Notes under the pieces: model-generated
What the model was told of the DNA's origin: nothing
Database searches by the model: none
What the model saw: the letters and a program-made list of their open reading frames with translations, nothing else
From: the human T2T-CHM13v2.0 reference genome, Homo sapiens
Reading direction: 5' to 3' (one strand)
Length of the DNA: 64,000 nt
NCBI RefSeq assembly: GCF_009914755.1
Contig: NC_060928.1
Shown: positions 38,401 to 54,500 of the stretch, piece by piece
How the letters are laid out: every line of letters starts with the position of its first letter
Numbering within the stretch: the first letter of the stretch is position 1
Made by a program: the position numbers and the translations under genes

Positions 38401-41400
38401 CTCTTTTTGTAGAATCTGCAAGTGGATATTTGGATAGCTTTGAGGATTTCGTTGGAAACGGGATGACATATAATATCTAGAGAGAAGCATTCTCAGGAAC
38501 TTCTTTGTGATGTTTGCATTCAAGTCACAGAATTGAACATTCCCTTTCATAGAGCAGGTTTGAAACACTCTTTCTCTAGTATCTGGAAGTGGGCATTTCA
38601 AGCGCTTTCAGGCCTATGGAGAGAAAGGAAATACCTTCAAATAAAAACTAGACAGAAGCATTCTCAGAAACTTATTTGTGATGTGTGTCCTCAACTAACA
38701 GAGTTGAACCTTTGTTTTGATACAGCATTTTGGAAACACTCCTTTTGTAGAATCTGCAGGTGGATATTTGGATAACTTTGAAGATTTCGTTGGAAACCGG
38801 AATATCTTCATATAAAATCAAGACAGAAGCATTCTCGGAAACATCTCTGTGATGTTTGCATTCAACTCAGTAGAGTTGAACACTTCCTTTCATAGAGCCG
38901 GTTTGAAACACTCTTTCTGCACTACCTGGAAGCGGACATTTCGAGCGCTTTGAGGCCTATGGTGAAAAAGGAAATATCTTCTCATAAAAACCAGAAAGAA
39001 GCATTCTCAGAAACTTCTTTGTGTTGTGTGTACTCAAGTAACAGTGTTGAACCTTCCTTTTGACACAGCAGTTTTGAAACACTCTTTTGGTAGAATCTGC
39101 AAGTGGATATTTGGATAGCTTTGAGGATTTCGTTGGAAACGGGTTATCTTCATATAAAATCCAGACAGGAGCATTCTCAGAAACTTCTTTGTGCTGCATG
39201 TCCTCAATTCACAGAGCTGAACCTTTGTTTGGATACAGCATTTTGGAAACATTCCTTTAGTAGAATCTGCAAGTTGATATTTAGATAGCTTTGAAGATTT
39301 CGTTGGAAACGGGAATATCTTCATAGAAAATCTAGACGGAAGCATTCTCAGAAACTGCTTTGTGATGTTTGCATTCAAGTCACAGAGTTGAATATTCCCT
39401 TTTATAGAGTAGGTTTGAAACACTCTTTCGGCACTACCTGGAAGTGGATATTTCGAGCTCTTTGAGGCCTATGGTTAAAAGGAAATATCTTCCCATAAAA
39501 ACTAGACAGAAGCCGTCTCAGAAACTTGTTTGTGATGTGTGTATTCAACTACCAGAGTTGAACATTTCTGTTACAGAGCAATTTTAAAACACTCTTTTTG
39601 TGGAATCTGAAAGTGGATAATTGGATAGCTTTGTGGATTTCGTTGGAAACGGGATGACGTATAAAATCTAGAGAGAAGCATTCTCAGGAACTTCTTTCTG
39701 ATGTTTGCATTCAAGTCACAGAATTGAACATTCCTTTTCATAGTGCAGGTTTGAAACACTCTTTCTGTAGTATCTGGAAGTGGACATTTCAAGCGCTTTC
39801 AGGCCTACGGGGAGAAAGGAAATATCTTCAAATAAAAACTAGACAGAAGGATTCTCAGAAACTTATTTGTGATGTGTGTCCTAAACGAACACAGTTGAAC
39901 CTTTGTTTTGATACAGCATTTTGGAAACACTCCTTTTGTAGGATCTGCAGGTGGATATTTGGATAGATTTTAAGATTTCGTTGGAAACGGGAGTTTCTTC
40001 ATAGAAACTCAAGACAGATGCATTCTCAGAAACATCTCTGTGATGTTTGCATTCCACTCATAGAGTTGAAAACTTCCTTTCATAGAGCAGGTTTGAAACA
40101 CTCTTTTTGTAATATTTGGAAGTGGACATTTGCAGCGCTTTGAGGCCTATGGTGAAAAAGGAAATATCTTCTCATAAAAACCAGAAACAAGCATTCTCAG
40201 AAACTTCTTTTTGATGTGTGTACTCAAGTAACAGAGTTGAACCTTCCTTTTGACACAGCAGTTTTGAAACAATCTTTTTGTAGAATCTGCAAGTGGATAT
40301 TTGGATAGCTTTGAGGATTTCGTTGGAAACGGGATATCTTCATATAAAATCTAGACAGAAGCATTCTCAGAAACTTCTTTGTGCTGTATGTCCTCAATTA
40401 ACAGAGTTGAACCATTGCTTGGATACAGCATTTTGGAAACATTCCTTGAGTAGAATCTGCAAGTTGATATTTAGATAGATTTGAAGATTTCGTTGGAAAA
40501 GGGAATATCTCCATATAAAATCTAGAGGGAAGCATTCTCAGAAACTGCTTTGTGATGTTTCCATTCAAGTCACAGAGTTGAATATTCCCTTTTATAGAGC
40601 ACGTTTGAAACACTCTTTCTGCACTATCTGGAAGTGGACATTTCGAGCGCTTTGAGGCCTATGGTGAAAAAGGAAATATCTTCCCATAAAAACTAGACAG
40701 AAGCATTCTCAGAAACTTGTTTGTGATGTGTGTATTCAACTAACAGAGTTGAACTTTTGTTTTTACAGAGCCGTTTTAAAACACTCTTTTTGTGGAATCA
40801 GAAAGTGGATATTCGGATGGCTCTGAGGATTTCGTTGGAAGCGGGATTACATATAAAATCTAGAGAGAAGCATTCTCAGGAACTTCTTTGTGATGTTTGC
40901 ATTGAAGTCACAGAATTGAACATTCACTTTGATAGAGCAGGTTTGAAACACTCATTCTGTAGTATCTGGAAGTGGACATTTCAAGCGCTTTCAGGCCTAT
41001 GGTGAGAAAGGAAATATCTTCGAATAAAAACTAGACAGAAGCATCCTCAGAAACTTATTTGTGATGTGTGTCCTCAACTAACAGAGTTGAAACTTTGTTT
41101 TGATACAGCATTTTGGAAACACTCTTTTTGTAGAATCTGCAGGTGGATATTTGGATAGCTTAGAGGGATTCGTTGGAAAGGGGATATCTTCATATAAAAT
41201 CTAGACAGAAGCATTCTCAGAAACTTATTTGTGATGTGTGTCCTCAACTAACAGAGTTGAACCTTGGTTTTGATACAGCATTTTGGAAACACTCCTTTTG
41301 TAGAATCTGCAGGTGGATATGTGGATAGCTCTGAAGATTTCGTTGGAAACGGGAATTTCTTCATATAAAATCAAACAGAAGCATTCTCAGAAACTTCTCA

Positions 41401-44400
41401 GTGATGTTTGCATTCAGCTCATGGAGTTGAACACTTCCTTTCATAGAGCCGGTTTGAAACACTCTTTCTGCACTACCTGGAAGAGGACATTTCGAGCGCT
41501 TTGAGTCCTATGGTGAAAAAGGAAATATCTTCTCATAAAAACCAGAAAGAAGCATTCTCAGAAACTTCTTTGTGTTGTGTGTACTCATGTAACAGTGTTG
41601 AACCATCCTTTTGACAGAGCAGTTTTGAAACACTCTTTTTGTAGAATCTGCAAGTGGATATTTGGATAGCTTTGAGGATTTCGTTGGAAACGGGATGACA
41701 TATAATATCTAGAGAGAAGCATTCTCAGGAACTTCTTTGTGATGTTTGCATTCAAGTCACAGAATTGAACATTCCCTTTCATAGAGCAGGTTTGAAACAC
41801 TCTTTCTCTAGTATCTGGAAGTGGGCATTTCAAGCGCTTTCAGGCCTATGGAGAGAAAGGAAATACCTTCAAATAAAAACTAGACAGAAGCATTCTCAGA
41901 AACTTATTTGTGATGTGTGTCCTCAACTAACAGAGTTGAACCTTTGTTTTGATACAGCATTTTGGAAACACTCCTTTTGTAGAATCTGCAGGTGGATATT
42001 TGGATAACTTTGAAGATTTCGTTGGAAACCGGAATATCTTCATATAAAATCAAGACAGAAGCATTCTCGGAAACATCTCTGTGATGTTTGCATTCAACTC
42101 AGTAGAGTTGAACACTTCCTTTCATAGAGCCGGTTTGAAACACTCTTTCTGCACTACCTGGAAGCGGACATTTCGAGCGCTTTGAGGCCTATGGTGAAAA
42201 AGGAAATAGCTTCTCATAAAAACCAGAAAGAAGCATTCTCAGAAACTTCTTTGTGTTGTGTGTACTCAAGTAACAGTGTTGAACCTTCCTTTTGACACAG
42301 CAGTTTTGAAACACTCTTTTGGTAGAATCTGCAAGTGGATATTTGGATAGCTTTGAGGATTTCGTTGGAAACGGGTTATCTTCATATAAAATCCAGACAG
42401 GAGCATTCTCAGAAACTTCTTTGTGCTGCATGTCCTCAATTCACAGAGCTGAACCTTTGTTTGGATACAGCATTTTGGAAACATTCCTTTAGTAGAATCT
42501 GCAAGTTGATATTTAGATAGCTTTGAAGATTTCGTTGGTAACGGGAATATCTTCATAGAAAATCTAGACGGAAGCATTCTCAGAAACTGCTTTGTGATGT
42601 TTGCATTCAAGTCACAGAGTTGAATATTCCCTTTTATAGAGTAGGTTTGAAACACTCTTTTGGCACTACCTGGAAGTGGATATTTCGAGCTCTTTGAGGC
42701 CTATGGTTAAAAGGAAATATCTTCCCATAAAAACTAGACAGAAGCCGTCTCAGAAACTTGTTTGTGATGTGTGTATTCAACTAACAGAGTTGAACATTTC
42801 TGTTACAGAGCAATTTTAAAACACTCTTTTTGTGGAATCTGAAAGTGGATAATTGGATAGCTTTGTGGATTTCGTTGGAAACGGGATGACGTATAAAATC
42901 TAGAGAGAAGCATTCTCAGGAACTTCTTTCTGATGTTTGCATTCAAGTCACAGAATTGAACATTCCTTTTCATAGTGCAGGTTTGAAACACTCTTTCTGT
43001 AGTATCTGGAAGTGGACATTTCAAGCGCTTTCAGGCCTACGGGGAGAAAGGAAATATCTTCAAATAAAAACTAGACAGAAGGATTCTCAGAAACTTATTT
43101 GTGATGTGTGTCCTAAACGAACACAGTTGAACCTTTGTTTAGATACAGCATTTTGGAAACACTCCTTTTGTAGGATCTGCAGGTGGATATTTGGATAGAT
43201 TTTAAGATTTCGTTGGAAACGGGAGTTTCTTCATAGAAACTCAAGACAGATGCATTCTCAGAAACATCTCTGTGATGTTTGCATTCCACTCATAGAGTTG
43301 AAAACTTCCTTTCATAGAGCAGGTTTGAAACACTCTTTTTGTAATATTTGGAAGTGGACATTTGCAGCGCTTTGAGGCCTATGGTGAAAAAGGAAATATC
43401 TTCTCATAAAAACCAGAAACAAGCATTCTCAGAAACTTCTTTTTGATGTGTGTACTCAAGTAACAGAGTTGAACCTTCCTTTTGACACAGCAGTTTTGAA
43501 ACAATCTTTTTGTAGAATCTGCAAGTGGATATTTGGATAGCTTTGAGGATTTCGTTGGAAACGGGATATCTTCATATAAAATCTAGACAGAAGCATTCTC
43601 AGAAACTTCTTTGTGCTGTATGTCCTCAATTAACAGAGTTGAACCATTGCTTGGATACAGCATTTTGGAAACATTCCTTGAGTAGAATCTGCAAGTTGAT
43701 ATTTAGATAGATTTGAAGATTTCGTTGGAAAAGGGAATATCTCCATATAAAATCTAGAGGGAAGCATTCTCAGAAACTGCTTTGTGATGTTTCCATTCAA
43801 GTCACAGAGTTGAATATTCCCTTTTATAGAGCACGTTTGAAACACTCTTTCTGCACTATCTGGAAGTGGACATTTCGAGCGCTTTGAGGCCTATGGTGAA
43901 AAAGGAAATATCTTCCCATAAAAACTAGACAGAAGCATTCTCAGAAACTTGTTTGTGATGTGTGTATTCAACTAACAGAGTTGAACTTTTGTTTTTACAG
44001 AGCCGTTTTAAAACACTCTTTTTGTGGAATCAGAAAGTGGATATTCGGATGGCTCTGAGGATTTCGTTGGAAGCGGGATTACATATAAAATCTAGAGAGA
44101 AGCATTCTCAGGAACTTCTTTGTGATGTTTGCATTGAAGTCACAGAATTGAACATTCACTTTGATAGAGCAGGTTTGAAACACTCATTCTGTAGTATCTG
44201 GAAGTGGACATTTCAAGCGCTTTCAGGCCTATGGTGAGAAAGGAAATATCTTCGAATAAAAACTAGACAGAAGCATCCTCAGAAACTTATTTGTGATGTG
44301 TGTCCTCAACTAACAGAGTTGAAACTTTGTTTTGATACAGCATTTTGGAAACACTCTTTTTGTAGAATCTGCAGGTGGATATTTGGATAGCTTAGAGGGA

Positions 44401-47400
44401 TTCGTTGGAAAGGGGATATCTTCATATAAAATCTAGACAGAAGCATTCTCAGAAACTTATTTGTGATGTGTGTCCTCAACTAACAGAGTTGAACCTTGGT
44501 TTTGATACAGCATTTTGGAAACACTCCTTTTGTAGAATCTGCAGGTGGATATGTGGATAGCTCTGAAGATTTCGTTGGAAACGGGAATTTCTTCATATAA
44601 AATCAAACAGAAGCATTCTCAGAAACTTCTCAGTGATGTTTGCATTCAGCTCATGGAGTTGAACACTTCCTTTCATAGAGCCGGTTTGAAACACTCTTTC
44701 TGCACTACCTGGAAGAGGACATTTCGAGCGCTTTGAGTCCTATGGTGAAAAAGGAAATATCTTCTCATAAAAACCAGAAAGAAGCATTCTCAGAAACTTC
44801 TTTGTGTTGTGTGTACTCATGTAACAGTGTTGAACCATCCTTTTGACAGAGCAGTTTTGAAACACTCTTTTTGTAGAATCTGCAAGTGGATATTTGGATA
44901 GCTTTGAGGATTTCGTTGGAAACGGGATGACATATAATATCTAGAGAGAAGCATTCTCAGGAACTTCTTTGTGATGTTTGCATTCAAGTCACAGAATTGA
45001 ACATTCCCTTTCATAGAGCAGGTTTGAAACACTCTTTCTCTAGTATCTGGAAGTGGGCATTTCAAGCGCTTTCAGGCCTATGGAGAGAAAGGAAATACCT
45101 TCAAATAAAAACTAGACAGAAGCATTCTCAGAAACTTATTTGTGATGTGTGTCCTCAACTAACAGAGTTGAACCTTTGTTTTGATACAGCATTTTGGAAA
45201 CACTCCTTTTGTAGAATCTGCAGGTGGATATTTGGATAACTTTGAAGATTTCGTTGGAAACCGGAATATCTTCATATAAAATCAAGACAGAAGCATTCTC
45301 GGAAACATCTCTGTGATGTTTGCATTCAACTCAGTAGAGTTGAACACTTCCTTTCATAGAGCCGGTTTGAAACACTCTTTCTGCACTACCTGGAAGCGGA
45401 CATTTCGAGCGCTTTGAGGCCTATGGTGAAAAAGGAAATATCTTCTCATAAAAACCAGAAAGAAGCATTCTCAGAAACTTCTTTGTGTTGTGTGTACTCA
45501 AGTAACAGTGTTGAACCTTCCTTTTGACACAGCAGTTTTGAAACACTCTTTTGGTAGAATCTGCAAGTGGATATTTGGATAGCTTTGAGGATTTCGTTGG
45601 AAACGGGTTATCTTCATATAAAATCCAGACAGGAGCATTCTCAGAAACTTCTTTGTGCTGCATGTCCTCAATTCACAGAGCTGAACCTTTGTTTGGATAC
45701 AGCATTTTGGAAACATTCCTTTAGTAGAATCTGCAAGTTGATATTTAGATAGCTTTGAAGATTTCGTTGGAAACGGGAATATCTTCATAGAAAATCTAGA
45801 CGGAAGCATTCTCAGAAACTGCTTTGTGATGTTTGCATTCAAGTCACAGAGTTGAATATTCCCTTTTATAGAGTAGGTTTGAAACACTCTTTCGGCACTA
45901 CCTGGAAGTGGATATTTCGAGCTCTTTGAGGCCTATGGTTAAAAGGAAATATCTTCCCATAAAAACTAGACAGAAGCCGTCTCAGAAACTTGTTTGTGAT
46001 GTGTGTATTCAACTACCAGAGTTGAACATTTCTGTTACAGAGCAATTTTAAAACACTCTTTTTGTGGAATCTGAAAGTGGATAATTGGATAGCTTTGTGG
46101 ATTTCGTTGGAAACGGGATGACGTATAAAATCTAGAGAGAAGCATTCTCAGGAACTTCTTTCTGATGTTTGCATTCAAGTCACAGAATTGAACATTCCTT
46201 TTCATAGTGCAGGTTTGAAACACTCTTTCTGTAGTATCTGGAAGTGGACATTTCAAGCGCTTTCAGGCCTACGGGGAGAAAGGAAATATCTTCAAATAAA
46301 AACTAGACAGAAGGATTCTCAGAAACTTATTTGTGATGTGTGTCCTAAACGAACACAGTTGAACCTTTGTTTTGATACAGCATTTTGGAAACACTCCTTT
46401 TGTAGGATCTGCAGGTGGATATTTGGATAGATTTTAAGATTTCGTTGGAAACGGGAGTTTCTTCATAGAAACTCAAGACAGATGCATTCTCAGAAACATC
46501 TCTGTGATGTTTGCATTCCACTCATAGAGTTGAAAACTTCCTTTCATAGAGCAGGTTTGAAACACTCTTTTTGTAATATTTGGAAGTGGACATTTGCAGC
46601 GCTTTGAGGCCTATGGTGAAAAAGGAAATATCTTCTCATAAAAACCAGAAACAAGCATTCTCAGAAACTTCTTTTTGATGTGTGTACTCAAGTAACAGAG
46701 TTGAACCTTCCTTTTGACACAGCAGTTTTGAAACAATCTTTTTGTAGAATCTGCAAGTGGATATTTGGATAGCTTTGAGGATTTCGTTGGAAACGGGATA
46801 TCTTCATATAAAATCTAGACAGAAGCATTCTCAGAAACTTCTTTGTGCTGTATGTCCTCAATTAACAGAGTTGAACCATTGCTTGGATACAGCATTTTGG
46901 AAACATTCCTTGAGTAGAATCTGCAAGTTGATATTTAGATAGATTTGAAGATTTCGTTGGAAAAGGGAATATCTCCATATAAAATCTAGAGGGAAGCATT
47001 CTCAGAAACTGCTTTGTGATGTTTCCATTCAAGTCACAGAGTTGAATATTCCCTTTTATAGAGCACGTTTGAAACACTCTTTCTGCACTATCTGGAAGTG
47101 GACATTTCGAGCGCTTTGAGGCCTATGGTGAAAAAGGAAATATCTTCCCATAAAAACTAGACAGAAGCATTCTCAGAAACTTGTTTGTGATGTGTGTATT
47201 CAACTAACAGAGTTGAACTTTTGTTTTTACAGAGCCGTTTTAAAACACTCTTTTTGTGGAATCAGAAAGTGGATATTCGGATGGCTCTGAGGATTTCGTT
47301 GGAAGCGGGATTACATATAAAATCTAGAGAGAAGCATTCTCAGGAACTTCTTTGTGATGTTTGCATTGAAGTCACAGAATTGAACATTCACTTTGATAGA

Positions 47401-50400
47401 GCAGGTTTGAAACACTCATTCTGTAGTATCTGGAAGTGGACATTTCAAGCGCTTTCAGGCCTATGGTGAGAAAGGAAATATCTTCGAATAAAAACTAGAC
47501 AGAAGCATCCTCAGAAACTTATTTGTGATGTGTGTCCTCAACTAACAGAGTTGAAACTTTGTTTTGATACAGCATTTTGGAAACACTCTTTTTGTAGAAT
47601 CTGCAGGTGGATATTTGGATAGCTTAGAGGGATTCGTTGGAAAGGGGATATCTTCATATAAAATCTAGACAGAAGCATTCTCAGAAACTTATTTGTGATG
47701 TGTGTCCTCAACTAACAGAGTTGAACCTTGGTTTTGATACAGCATTTTGGAAACACTCCTTTTGTAGAATCTGCAGGTGGATATGTGGATAGCTCTGAAG
47801 ATTTCGTTGGAAACGGGAATTTCTTCATATAAAATCAAACAGAAGCATTCTCAGAAACTTCTCAGTGATGTTTGCATTCAGCTCATGGAGTTGAACACTT
47901 CCTTTCATAGAGCCGGTTTGAAACACTCTTTCTGCACTACCTGGAAGAGGACATTTCGAGCGCTTTGAGTCCTATGGTGAAAAAGGAAATATCTTCTCAT
48001 AAAAACCAGAAAGAAGCATTCTCAGAAACTTCTTTGTGTTGTGTGTACTCATGTAACAGTGTTGAACCATCCTTTTGACAGAGCAGTTTTGAAACACTCT
48101 TTTTGTAGAATCTGCAAGTGGATATTTGGATAGCTTTGAGGATTTCGTTGGAAACGGGATGACATATAATATCTAGAGAGAAGCATTCTCAGGAACTTCT
48201 TTGTGATGTTTGCATTCAAGTCACAGAATTGAACATTCCCTTTCATAGAGCAGGTTTGAAACACTCTTTCTCTAGTATCTGGAAGTGGGCATTTCAAGCG
48301 CTTTCAGGCCTATGGAGAGAAAGGAAATACCTTCAAATAAAAACTAGACAGAAGCATTCTCAGAAACTTATTTGTGATGTGTGTCCTCAACTAACAGAGT
48401 TGAACCTTTGTTTTGATACAGCATTTTGGAAACACTCCTTTTGTAGAATCTGCAGGTGGATATTTGGATAACTTTGAAGATTTCGTTGGAAACCGGAATA
48501 TCTTCATATAAAATCAAGACAGAAGCATTCTCGGAAACATCTCTGTGATGTTTGCATTCAACTCAGTAGAGTTGAACACTTCCTTTCATAGAGCCGGTTT
48601 GAAACACTCTTTCTGCACTACCTGGAAGCGGACATTTCGAGCGCTTTGAGGCCTATGGTGAAAAAGGAAATATCTTCTCATAAAAACCAGAAAGAAGCAT
48701 TCTCAGAAACTTCTTTGTGTTGTGTGTACTCAAGTAACAGTGTTGAACCTTCCTTTTGACACAGCAGTTTTGAAACACTCTTTTGGTAGAATCTGCAAGT
48801 GGATATTTGGATAGCTTTGAGGATTTCGTTGGAAACGGGTTATCTTCATATAAAATCCAGACAGGAGCATTCTCAGAAACTTCTTTGTGCTGCATGTCCT
48901 CAATTCACAGAGCTGAACCTTTGTTTGGATACAGCATTTTGGAAACATTCCTTTAGTAGAATCTGCAAGTTGATATTTAGATAGCTTTGAAGATTTCGTT
49001 GGAAACGGGAATATCTTCATAGAAAATCTAGACGGAAGCATTCTCAGAAACTGCTTTGTGATGTTTGCATTCAAGTCACAGAGTTGAATATTCCCTTTTA
49101 TAGAGTAGGTTTGAAACACTCTTTCGGCACTACCTGGAAGTGGATATTTCGAGCTCTTTGAGGCCTATGGTTAAAAGGAAATATCTTCCCATAAAAACTA
49201 GACAGAAGCCGTCTCAGAAACTTGTTTGTGATGTGTGTATTCAACTACCAGAGTTGAACATTTCTGTTACAGAGCAATTTTAAAACACTCTTTTTGTGGA
49301 ATCTGAAAGTGGATAATTGGATAGCTTTGTGGATTTCGTTGGAAACGGGATGACGTATAAAATCTAGAGAGAAGCATTCTCAGGAACTTCTTTCTGATGT
49401 TTGCATTCAAGTCACAGAATTGAACATTCCTTTTCATAGTGCAGGTTTGAAACACTCTTTCTGTAGTATCTGGAAGTGGACATTTCAAGCGCTTTCAGGC
49501 CTACGGGGAGAAAGGAAATATCTTCAAATAAAAACTAGACAGAAGGATTCTCAGAAACTTATTTGTGATGTGTGTCCTAAACGAACACAGTTGAACCTTT
49601 GTTTTGATACAGCATTTTGGAAACACTCCTTTTGTAGGATCTGCAGGTGGATATTTGGATAGATTTTAAGATTTCGTTGGAAACGGGAGTTTCTTCATAG
49701 AAACTCAAGACAGATGCATTCTCAGAAACATCTCTGTGATGTTTGCATTCCACTCATAGAGTTGAAAACTTCCTTTCATAGAGCAGGTTTGAAACACTCT
49801 TTTTGTAATATTTGGAAGTGGACATTTGCAGCGCTTTGAGGCCTATGGTGAAAAAGGAAATATCTTCTCATAAAAACCAGAAACAAGCATTCTCAGAAAC
49901 TTCTTTTTGATGTGTGTACTCAAGTAACAGAGTTGAACCTTCCTTTTGACACAGCAGTTTTGAAACAATCTTTTTGTAGAATCTGCAAGTGGATATTTGG
50001 ATAGCTTTGAGGATTTCGTTGGAAACGGGATATCTTCATATAAAATCTAGACAGAAGCATTCTCAGAAACTTCTTTGTGCTGTATGTCCTCAATTAACAG
50101 AGTTGAACCATTGCTTGGATACAGCATTTTGGAAACATTCCTTGAGTAGAATCTGCAAGTTGATATTTAGATAGATTTGAAGATTTCGTTGGAAAAGGGA
50201 ATATCTCCATATAAAATCTAGAGGGAAGCATTCTCAGAAACTGCTTTGTGATGTTTCCATTCAAGTCACAGAGTTGAATATTCCCTTTTATAGAGCACGT
50301 TTGAAACACTCTTTCTGCACTATCTGGAAGTGGACATTTCGAGCGCTTTGAGGCCTATGGTGAAAAAGGAAATATCTTCCCATAAAAACTAGACAGAAGC

Positions 50401-51586
50401 ATTCTCAGAAACTTGTTTGTGATGTGTGTATTCAACTAACAGAGTTGAACTTTTGTTTTTACAGAGCCGTTTTAAAACACTCTTTTTGTGGAATCAGAAA
50501 GTGGATATTCGGATGGCTCTGAGGATTTCGTTGGAAGCGGGATTACATATAAAATCTAGAGAGAAGCATTCTCAGGAACTTCTTTGTGATGTTTGCATTG
50601 AAGTCACAGAATTGAACATTCACTTTGATAGAGCAGGTTTGAAACACTCATTCTGTAGTATCTGGAAGTGGACATTTCAAGCGCTTTCAGGCCTATGGTG
50701 AGAAAGGAAATATCTTCGAATAAAAACTAGACAGAAGCATCCTCAGAAACTTATTTGTGATGTGTGTCCTCAACTAACAGAGTTGAAACTTTGTTTTGAT
50801 ACAGCATTTTGGAAACACTCTTTTTGTAGAATCTGCAGGTGGATATTTGGATAGCTTAGAGGGATTCGTTGGAAAGGGGATATCTTCATATAAAATCTAG
50901 ACAGAAGCATTCTCAGAAACTTATTTGTGATGTGTGTCCTCAACTAACAGAGTTGAACCTTGGTTTTGATACAGCATTTTGGAAACACTCCTTTTGTAGA
51001 ATCTGCAGGTGGATATGTGGATAGCTCTGAAGATTTCGTTGGAAACGGGAATTTCTTCATATAAAATCAAACAGAAGCATTCTCAGAAACTTCTCAGTGA
51101 TGTTTGCATTCAGCTCATGGAGTTGAACACTTCCTTTCATAGAGCCGGTTTGAAACACTCTTTCTGCACTACCTGGAAGAGGACATTTCGAGCGCTTTGA
51201 GTCCTATGGTGAAAAAGGAAATATCTTCTCATAAAAACCAGAAAGAAGCATTCTCAGAAACTTCTTTGTGTTGTGTGTACTCATGTAACAGTGTTGAACC
51301 ATCCTTTTGACAGAGCAGTTTTGAAACACTCTTTTTGTAGAATCTGCAAGTGGATATTTGGATAGCTTTGAGGATTTCGTTGGAAACGGGATGACATATA
51401 ATATCTAGAGAGAAGCATTCTCAGGAACTTCTTTGTGATGTTTGCATTCAAGTCACAGAATTGAACATTCCCTTTCATAGAGCAGGTTTGAAACACTCTT
51501 TCTCTAGTATCTGGAAGTGGGCATTTCAAGCGCTTTCAGGCCTATGGAGAGAAAGGAAATACCTTCAAATAAAAACTAGACAGAAG
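35427..51586 (+). repeat. HOR units 10-14, five tandem canonical 19-mers (starts 35427, 38659, 41891, 45123, 48355)
   Basis: Five consecutive exact 3232 bp spacings in the ORF track. Confidence 0.94.
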
Positions 51587-54500
51587 CATTCTCAGAAACT
51601 TATTTGTGATGTGTGTCCTCAACTAACAGAGTTGAACCTTTGTTTTGATACAGCATTTTGGAAACACTCCTTTTGTAGAATCTGCAGGTGGATATTTGGA
51701 TAACTTTGAAGATTTCGTTGGAAACCGGAATATCTTCATATAAAATCAAGACAGAAGCATTCTCGGAAACATCTCTGTGATGTTTGCATTCAACTCAGTA
51801 GAGTTGAACACTTCCTTTCATAGAGCCGGTTTGAAACACTCTTTCTGCACTACCTGGAAGCGGACATTTCGAGCGCTTTGAGGCCTATGGTGAAAAAGGA
51901 AATATCTTCTCATAAAAACCAGAAAGAAGCATTCTCAGAAACTTCTTTGTGTTGTGTGTACTCAAGTAACAGTGTTGAACCTTCCTTTTGACACAGCAGT
52001 TTTGAAACACTCTTTTGGTAGAATCTGCAAGTGGATATTTGGATAGCTTTGAGGATTTCGTTGGAAACGGGTTATCTTCATATAAAATCCAGACAGGAGC
52101 ATTCTCAGAAACTTCTTTGTGCTGCATGTCCTCAATTCACAGAGCTGAACCTTTGTTTGGATACAGCATTTTGGAAACATTCCTTTAGTAGAATCTGCAA
52201 GTTGATATTTAGATAGCTTTGAAGATTTCGTTGGTAACGGGAATATCTTCATAGAAAATCTAGACGGAAGCATTCTCAGAAACTGCTTTGTGATGTTTGC
52301 ATTCAAGTCACAGAGTTGAATATTCCCTTTTATAGAGTAGGTTTGAAACACTCTTTCGGCACTACCTGGAAGTGGATATTTCGAGCTCTTTGAGGCCTAT
52401 GGTTAAAAGGAAATATCTTCCCATAAAAACTAGACAGAAGCCGTCTCAGAAACTTGTTTGTGATGTGTGTATTCAACTAACAGAGTTGAACATTTCTGTT
52501 ACAGAGCAATTTTAAAACACTCTTTTTGTGGAATCTGAAAGTGGATAATTGGATAGCTTTGTGGATTTCGTTGGAAACGGGATGACGTATAAAATCTAGA
52601 GAGAAGCATTCTCAGGAACTTCTTTCTGATGTTTGCATTCAAGTCACAGAATTGAACATTCCTTTTCATAGTGCAGGTTTGAAACACTCTTTCTGTAGTA
52701 TCTGGAAGTGGACATTTCAAGCGCTTTCAGGCCTACGGGGAGAAAGGAAATATCTTCAAATAAAAACTAGACAGAAGGATTCTCAGAAACTTATTTGTGA
52801 TGTGTGTCCTAAACGAACACAGTTGAACCTTTGTTTAGATACAGCATTTTGGAAACACTCCTTTTGTAGGATCTGCAGGTGGATATTTGGATAGATTTTA
52901 AGATTTCGTTGGAAACGGGAGTTTCTTCATAGAAACTCAAGACAGATGCATTCTCAGAAACATCTCTGTGATGTTTGCATTCCACTCATAGAGTTGAAAA
53001 CTTCCTTTCATAGAGCAGGTTTGAAACACTCTTTTTGTAATATTTGGAAGTGGACATTTGCAGCGCTTTGAGGCCTATGGTGAAAAAGGAAATATCTTCT
53101 CATAAAAACCAGAAACAAGCATTCTCAGAAACTTCTTTTTGATGTGTGTACTCAAATAACAGAGTTGAACCTTCCTTTTGACACAGCAGTTTTGAAACAA
53201 TCTTTTTGTAGAATCTGCAAGTGGATATTTGGATAGCTTTGAGGATTTCGTTGGAAACGGGATATCTTCATATAAAATCTAGACAGAAGCATTCTCAGAA
53301 ACTTCTTTGTGCTGTATGTCCTCAATTAACAGAGTTGAACCATTGCTTGGATACAGCATTTTGGAAACATTCCTTGAGTAGAATCTGCAAGTTGATATTT
53401 AGATAGATTTGAAGATTTCGTTGGAAAAGGGAATATCTCCATATAAAATCTAGACGGAAGCATTCTCAGAAACTGCTTTGTGATGTTTCCATTCAAGTCA
53501 CAGAGTTGAATATTCCCTTTTATAGAGCACGTTTGAAACACTCTTTCTGCACTATCTGGAAGTGGAAATTTCGAGCGCTTTGAGGCCTATGGTGAAAAAG
53601 GAAATATCTTCCCATAAAAATTAGACAGAAGCATTCTCAGAAACTTGTTTGTGATGTGTGTATTCAACTAACAGAGTTGAACTTTTGTTTTTACAGAGTC
53701 GTTTTAAAACACTCTTTTTGTGGAATCAGAAAGTGGATATTCGGATGGCTCTGAGGATTTCGTTGGAAGCGGGATTACATATAAAATCTAGAGAGAAGCA
53801 TTCTCAGGAACTTCTTTGTGATGTTTGCATTGAAGTCACAGAATTGAACATTCACTTTGATAGAGCAGGTTTGAAACACTCATTCTGTAGTATCTGGAAG
53901 TGGACATTTCAAGCGCTTTCAGGCCTATGGTGAAAAAGGAAATATCTTCGAATAAAAACTAGACAGAAGCATCCTCAGAAACTTATTTGTGATGTGTGTC
54001 CTCAACTAACAGAGTTGAAACTTTGTTTTGATACAGCATTTTGGAAACACTCCTTTTGTAGAATCTGCAGGTGGATATGTGGATAGCTCTGAAGATTTCG
54101 TTGGAAACGGGAATTTCTTCATATAAAATCAAACAGAAGCATTCTCAGAAACTTCTCAGTGATGTTTGCATTCAGCTCATGGAGTTGAACACTTCCTTTC
54201 ATAGAGCCGGTTTGAAACACTCTTTCTGCACTACCTGGAAGAGGCCATTTCGAGCGCTTTGAGTCCTATGGTGAAAAAGGAAATATCTTCTCATAAAAAC
54301 CAGAAAGAAGCATTCTCAGAAACTTCTTTGTGTTGTGTGTACTCATGTAACAGTGTTGAACCATCCTTTTGACAGAGCAGTTTTGAAACACTCTTTTTGT
54401 AGAATCTGCAAGTGGATATTTGGATAGCTTTGAGGATTTCGTTGGAAACGGGATGACATATAATATCTAGAGAGAAGCATTCTCAGGAACTTCTTTGTGC